A stretch of 64,000 bases of DNA from an uncultured Gemmatimonadales bacterium (GTDB taxonomy: Bacteria; Gemmatimonadota; Gemmatimonadetes; Gemmatimonadales; Gemmatimonadaceae): assembly GCA_963850905.1 (NCBI GenBank), contig CAWKMU010000003.1, forward strand, positions 2,816,001 to 2,880,000, read 5' to 3'. The notes below the pieces were generated by a model. It did no database searches, was not told the origin of the DNA, and saw only the letters and a program-made list of their open reading frames with translations. Position 1 is the stretch's first letter, and each line of letters begins with the position of its first letter. Shown piece after piece: positions 58,929-64,000 of this stretch. A program made the position numbers and the translations under genes.

Positions 58929-60746
58929 ATGGCGCTCTGGGTCACTGCGGTCTGCATCGGCTTGGTGGCTGCGCTCGTGCAATACGGTCGTCCATCGGGC
59001 GGCGGATGGATCGCGGCTGTGTTGCGAATCATCGCCATCGCGGGCCTCGTGGGCTTGTGGCTCGACGCCCCAGTCGGTCGTAGCCCTCGTATCCGACCGT
59101 TTGCGGCGCTCGATGTATCGAGGAGTTGGCTCCGCGGCGGTGACACGGCGGCGTATCGAACGGCCGAGGGCGACGTCGCCGCGGTTGGCGCGGACTCGGT
59201 GTTCCTCTTTGGCGATTCGATTCGCACCGACGCGCCGCCCGCCGTGCCCAATGACGTGCGCAGCCGCGTGCGCCCCGCGGTCGAGCGCGCGTTGGCTGCG
59301 GGTCGGCCCCTGGTCCTGGTCACCGATGGGGAGCTCGATGACCCGGAGGCGGTAGCCGAGTTGCCGGCGGGCTCGAGTGTGATCGTCGTGCCTCACACGA
59401 AACGGCCGGACGCAGCCCTTGCGACCCTGGACGCTCCACGTGCGGCTGTCGCCGGTGATACCATCGAGATTCACGCGACGGTTGCCGCCGGAGCAGGTGG
59501 TTCGCCCGCCGGCGCCGTGGCGATCAGCGTGGCTGACCGTCCCGCGACGCCATCCACGACCGTATCGGTCGAGGCCCTCGCGCCGCGAGTCGAGCGTACG
59601 ATCAGCGTCCGAACAGTCGTCCCGCGTGGTGACGGTCCGCAGGCCGTACGAGCCGTGTGGACAGGGGCCGGCGACGCCGACAGTCACAACGACACGTTGA
59701 CCGTGCCAATCGATGTGTCGCCGGCTGCCGGAGCCGTCTTCATTAGTACGTCGCCAGACGAAGACGCGCGCTACGCGTTAGCGGTTCTCCGTGGAGCGCT
59801 TGCCCTCCCGACCCGCGGCTATTTTCGGGTGGCCGCTGGGCAGTGGCGGGTCGACGGGACGCTGGCGCCGATCAGTGAGTCCGACGTGCGGCGGGCCGTC
59901 GCCGCGGCGCCGCTGGTGGTGCTGCACGGTGACACGAGCGTGTTTGGCCCGCCCCTGGCCGCGACCCGTGGTGCCCTAGCGCTCGTGGTCGCTCCCATCG
60001 CCCGATCGTCCGATGAATGGTTCGCGACGGGCGCACCCCCTTCACCGATCGCCTCCGCACTGACGGGCGTCGCTTGGGATAGCCTGCCACCGATCGACAT
60101 TGGCGCGCCTACGGCCTCGACCGCGCCAGGCGACTGGCAGGCGCTCGAGGTCAAGCGAGGCCGACGTTTCGACGCCCGCGTCATGGTCAGCGGCGGCGCT
60201 GTCAGCGGTCGGCGACGCGTCGTCATCCCGGTCAACGGGCTGTGGCGCTGGCGATTCCGGGGTGGCGTAAGCGCGGACGCGTTCGCTGCCCTGTGGGGCG
60301 CCCTCTTCGACTGGCTGGCCGCGGAGCGTCGCGACCTTCGGCCAGCGGTGCCAGCTGACGCCCTGGTGCGAGAGGGCGATCCGATCCGCTGGCGCCGCGG
60401 CAGCGGAGGCGACAGCACGACACTCGTCGTGCTGACGCGTCGGGTTGCGGGCGCAAGACCGGACACGCTGCGGATGTCGTTCGCCTCGGGAGCCCAAATG
60501 ACCGAGACCCAGGCGCTCGAGGCGGGATCCTACGATGTGCGGACGGCCGCAGGCCCGGCGCTGCTTGTGGTGAACCCATCGCGGGAATGGTTGCCGCGTG
60601 ACCCCACGGTCACGACTGGCGAGATCCAGGGGGTCACACTCGCCGGGCCCTCACCGCGCCTGCGTGCGCTCCCGTGGATTTACGTACTGCTCGTCGCGCT
60701 GCTGTGCGGCGAGTGGCTCCTTCGCCGACGCATCGGGATGCGCTGA
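58929..60746 (+). CDS. Hypothetical membrane protein (N- and C-terminal TMs, degenerate vWA-like and Ig-like regions)
   Basis: LDVSRS and VLVTDG vWA-like remnants, DSHND, LWRWRF, C-terminal EWLLRRRIG. Confidence 0.7.
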   Translation: MALWVTAVCIGLVAALVQYGRPSGGGWIAAVLRIIAIAGLVGLWLDAPVGRSPRIRPFAALDVSRSWLRGGDTAAYRTAEGDVAAVGADSVFLFGDSIRTDAPPAVPNDVRSRVRPAVERALAAGRPLVLVTDGELDDPEAVAELPAGSSVIVVPHTKRPDAALATLDAPRAAVAGDTIEIHATVAAGAGGSPAGAVAISVADRPATPSTTVSVEALAPRVERTISVRTVVPRGDGPQAVRAVWTGAGDADSHNDTLTVPIDVSPAAGAVFISTSPDEDARYALAVLRGALALPTRGYFRVAAGQWRVDGTLAPISESDVRRAVAAAPLVVLHGDTSVFGPPLAATRGALALVVAPIARSSDEWFATGAPPSPIASALTGVAWDSLPPIDIGAPTASTAPGDWQALEVKRGRRFDARVMVSGGAVSGRRRVVIPVNGLWRWRFRGGVSADAFAALWGALFDWLAAERRDLRPAVPADALVREGDPIRWRRGSGGDSTTLVVLTRRVAGARPDTLRMSFASGAQMTETQALEAGSYDVRTAAGPALLVVNPSREWLPRDPTVTTGEIQGVTLAGPSPRLRALPWIYVLLVALLCGEWLLRRRIGMR

Positions 60747-60747
60747 C

Positions 60748-61680
60748 ATGGCACCCCTCCTTCACCGGTCCACGGACGCGCCTCGGCGGTCGCTTTGGGA
60801 GCGCATCAAGGACCTGGCACTCACCGATGTCGGCGTGGTCATGCGGGGAGGCGTCAGCGAGGGCTCGCTCGAGAAACTCGAGGAAGTGCTACTCGAGGCG
60901 GATTTCGGTGTGCCGACCACGGCTCGGCTGATTGCGGACGTGGATCGGGAGGCGCGAGAGGGCGCGATTCGCACGCAATTGGAATTTCTCGAGACGCTGC
61001 GCTCCGGCATCGAGACGGCGCTGCGTGCGGGGCAGAGCGGCGCCACGTTGCACATGGCGCCTGAGCCACCGACCGTGATGCTCGTGATCGGGGTCAACGG
61101 AGCGGGGAAAACGACCTTCATCGGCAAGTTGGCCGCGCAGCTTCGTGCAGAGGGCAAGCGGGTGCTGGTCGCGGCAGGCGACACGTTTCGCGCTGGCGCG
61201 GTCGATCAGTTGCGCGCGTGGGCCGACCGCGCCGGGGCGGCGTTCGTCGGCGGCGCCACGGGCCGCGACCCCGCCGCCGTCGCGGTGGATGCGATCGAAG
61301 CGGGCGTGGCGTCCAGAGTCGACGTGATCATCATCGACACGGCCGGCCGGCTCCATACCAGCGGCGCCTTGATGGAGGAACTGCGAAAGGTCGCTCGCGT
61401 CGTCGCCAAGCGGCGCGCCGGCGCGCCGCACGAAACGCTGCTCGTACTGGACGCCACCATCGGTCAGAACGCGATCGCGCAGGGCAAGACGTTCGCGGCG
61501 GCCGTGCCGGTCACAGGTCTGGTGCTTACCAAGGTGGATGGCACGGCCAAGGGCGGGGTGGTGGTTGCGGTTCACGAAGCCCTCGACGTCCCGATCAAAT
61601 TCCTCGGAACGGGCGAGAGCGTCGAGGACCTGGCGCCATTCGACGCGGCAGCCTTCTCCCGTCAGCTGCTCGACGCGTGA
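60748..61680 (+). CDS. ftsY: SRP receptor GTPase FtsY
   Basis: GVNGAGKTT, DTFRAGA, DTAGR, DATIGQN, TKVDGTAKGG, GTGE. Confidence 0.97.
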   Translation: MAPLLHRSTDAPRRSLWERIKDLALTDVGVVMRGGVSEGSLEKLEEVLLEADFGVPTTARLIADVDREAREGAIRTQLEFLETLRSGIETALRAGQSGATLHMAPEPPTVMLVIGVNGAGKTTFIGKLAAQLRAEGKRVLVAAGDTFRAGAVDQLRAWADRAGAAFVGGATGRDPAAVAVDAIEAGVASRVDVIIIDTAGRLHTSGALMEELRKVARVVAKRRAGAPHETLLVLDATIGQNAIAQGKTFAAAVPVTGLVLTKVDGTAKGGVVVAVHEALDVPIKFLGTGESVEDLAPFDAAAFSRQLLDA

Positions 61681-63816
61681 TCTCGCGGAGTGACGCGGGT
61701 GTGAGCCATCCGCCGGTGGAGCGGCAGTCCCGCCCCACCGCGAGTCGTGTCTCTCTCGACACACCGGTCACCTATCTCAAGGGCGTTGGCGAGCGCCGTG
61801 CGGCACTGCTCGCGCGGCTTGGTATCGCGACGGCCGGGGATCTCCTCCGGCACATCCCGCACCGGTACGAGGACGCGAGCACCGTCTCGCCCATCGGGAC
61901 GCTCGCCACCGGTGACGGACGCGACGGTCATTGGTACCGTGATCTCCAAAGGCGTGCTGCCGACACGACGTGGTCTCAGGATTTTCCAGGTCGTGCTGCG
62001 AGACGGCTCCGGGATGATCGAGGTATCGTGGCCCGGGCAGGCATATCTGGACCGCGTCATCGACAAGCACGATGTGCTGCTCGTGACCGGCACCGTGCGC
62101 TTCTTTCAGGGTCGACAACTGCAGGCCCGCGAGTTCGTGAATCTGGGCGCGGAAGCCGCCGACACCTCACAAGGTCGCGTGCTGGCCGTCTACCCGACCA
62201 CCGAAGGACTGTCGGTCAAGGTGCTGCGCAGCCTCATCGACAACCACCTCGACACGTTGTTGCCGCTGGCCGCCGAGTCGTTGTCGAGCGACATCCTTGC
62301 AGCCGGTGGCGTGCCGCCGCTCCCGGAAGCGCTCCGGATGGTGCATCGCCCGGCATCGCTCGCGGAGGCGGAGGCCGGCCGTTCACGGCTCGCTTTCGAG
62401 GAGCTCCTGTTCGTTCAGCTGCTGTATCGCCGCGCGTATGCGCTGGCTCGTGCGCACCGGAGTGGCATTGCGTATCAGAATCTCCGATCACTGACGACCG
62501 CGCTCAAGCAGGTGTTGCCATACGAGCTCACGAACGCGCAGACACGGGCCGTGCGCGAGATCGTCGCGGACATGTGCAGCGCGGCGCGGATGCACCGCTT
62601 GCTGCAGGGTGACGTCGGCAGCGGAAAGACCGTCGTCGCGCTCTTCGCGGCACTCCTGGCGATGGAGAATGGCTATCAGGCCGCGGTCATGGCTCCGACG
62701 GAGCTCCTGGCCGAGCAGCACTGGCACACGATTTCTTCGTTGCTCCGGCCGCTGAATGTCAGTCCGGTCCTGCTCACAGGGAGTCTCTCGGCCGCGGAAC
62801 GCCGGGCGGCGGCCGATCGCATCGCGCGCCCCGAGCCGGCGCTCGTCGTCGGAACGCACGCGCTCGTGCAGGAGGCGACGACGTTCGCTCGCCTCGGTCT
62901 CGCAGTCATCGACGAGCAGCACCGGTTCGGAGTCGAGCAGCGCAAGGCCCTGGGAGCGAAGGGTGACAAGCCGGACGTACTCCTCCTGAGCGCGACGCCG
63001 ATTCCACGGTCGCTGGCGTTGACGGCGTACGGCGATCTCGATGTCAGCGTGCTCGATGAGCGGCCGCCCGGCCGTCGTCCCGTGACCACCGCCTGGCGGC
63101 CCGAGTCCGCGCGGGCCCGAGTGCTCTCCTTCCTGTCAGGCCAACTCGAGCAGGGGCGGCAGGGCTACATCGTCTACCCTGTGATCGGCGAGTCGGAGCG
63201 CACCGACCTCAAGTCGGCCACGGCGATGTTCCTGGAGTTGACGGCTGAGGGCGGCGCACTCGCGAATCGTCGCGTCGCGCTCCTGCACGGGCGCTTGCCG
63301 CCCGATGAGCGCGATGCGGCCATGCGCGCGTTTCGCGACGGGAACCTCGACGTGCTGATCGCGACCACGGTCATCGAGGTCGGGATCGATGTCGCGAACG
63401 CGACGATCATGGTGATCGAGCACCCGGAGCGATTCGGCCTCTCGCAGCTTCACCAGCTGCGTGGGCGTGTGGGGCGGGGGGCGGACGAATCCTTCTGCAT
63501 CCTCCTGGGTGACGTCAGTCCGGAGGCGGCGACGCGGCTCGGCATCTTCATCGGCACCGAGGATGGATTCGAGATCGCGCGCGCGGATCTGCGCCTCCGC
63601 GGGATGGGCGACTTGTTCGGCGAACAACAGAGCGGCTCCGCCATGTTCCGCGTGGCCGACCCGTTGCGTGACGAAGCGCTCAACGAACGCGCCCGCTCCG
63701 TCGCCGATCGGATCCTGGCTGATGACCCCGAGCTGACCTCGCCAGTGCACGGCGCGCTACGCCGCACGATGGCGGCACGGTATGCGCGAGCGGTGGAGTT
63801 GTTTCGGGTGGGGTGA
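61677..63816 (+). CDS. recG: ATP-dependent DNA helicase RecG; +1 frameshift at ~61914; start GTG 61677 or 61701
   Basis: LKGVG...DLLRHIPHRYED, RLAFEE, QGDVGSGKT, DEQHRFG, SATPIPR, QLHQLRGRVGRG, DGFEIARADL. Confidence 0.96.
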
Positions 63817-63823
63817 CCACGAC

Positions 63824-63884
63824 GGTCAGTGGTCAGGGGTCAGGGGGTCAGTGGTGAGGGAACCACAACAACGACGACAACAAC
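63824..63884 (+). repeat. GGTCAG(G/T) heptamer run followed by an (ACA/ACG)n trinucleotide tract
   Basis: GGTCAGT GGTCAGG GGTCAGG g GGTCAGT GGTGAGG, then ACCACAACAACGACGACAACAAC. Confidence 0.6.
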
Positions 63885-63908
63885 GGGCGGGCTAAAGCCC
63901 GCCCCTAC
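63885..63908 (-). repeat. GTAG-family REP-like hairpin (second sequence type)
   Basis: Minus strand GTAG GGGCGGGC TTTA GCCCGCCC. Confidence 0.75.
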
Positions 63909-64000
63909 ATGTCAGTGCGGGCGGTGAGGATCCGGAGCGCCCAACCGGTGACTACAGTTGCCGGTCGACGAATTCGAGACCGACACCGTCCGCAGCAACA

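Overview
High-GC bacterial chromosomal segment of core-genome character. It is most consistent with Gemmatimonadota, which is an inference from gene content and order. From left to right: an interrupted GH1 beta-glucosidase 5' end and a divergent sugar ABC ATPase; a minus-strand block (small membrane protein, lemA, htpX, peptidase/propeller/barrel protein); tilS-hpt-ftsH-folP-cdaA; and yggS-divIVA-PNP-ileS-dksA-like-lspA-rluD. This runs directly into a ~19 kb signalling operon: cheW-cheY-cheA-cheC, a 923-aa TPR protein, DUF4388/MshEN-TPR, three roadblock proteins including MglB, the GTPase MglA, a protein made of two DnaA-type AAA+ domains with no DNA-binding domain, a second DUF4388/MshEN-TPR, cheR-cheD-cheB-cheW-cheW, TPR and a peptidase. 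No chemoreceptor is present. Then come tRNA-Val(TAC), a secreted TPR protein, a dcw cluster (rsmH to ftsZ, without mraZ/murB/ddl), an M23 peptidase, a membrane protein, ftsY and recG. The best candidate for an undescribed system is the Che-Mgl-tandem-DnaA operon. Other notable signals: intergenic inverted heptamer-array elements, GTAG-type REPs, a perfect DnaA box before ftsZ, and an IleRS with a GIHH signature. About 12 frameshifts, all +1 and several in essential genes, point to sequencing/assembly error, so single-base oddities need read-level confirmation.
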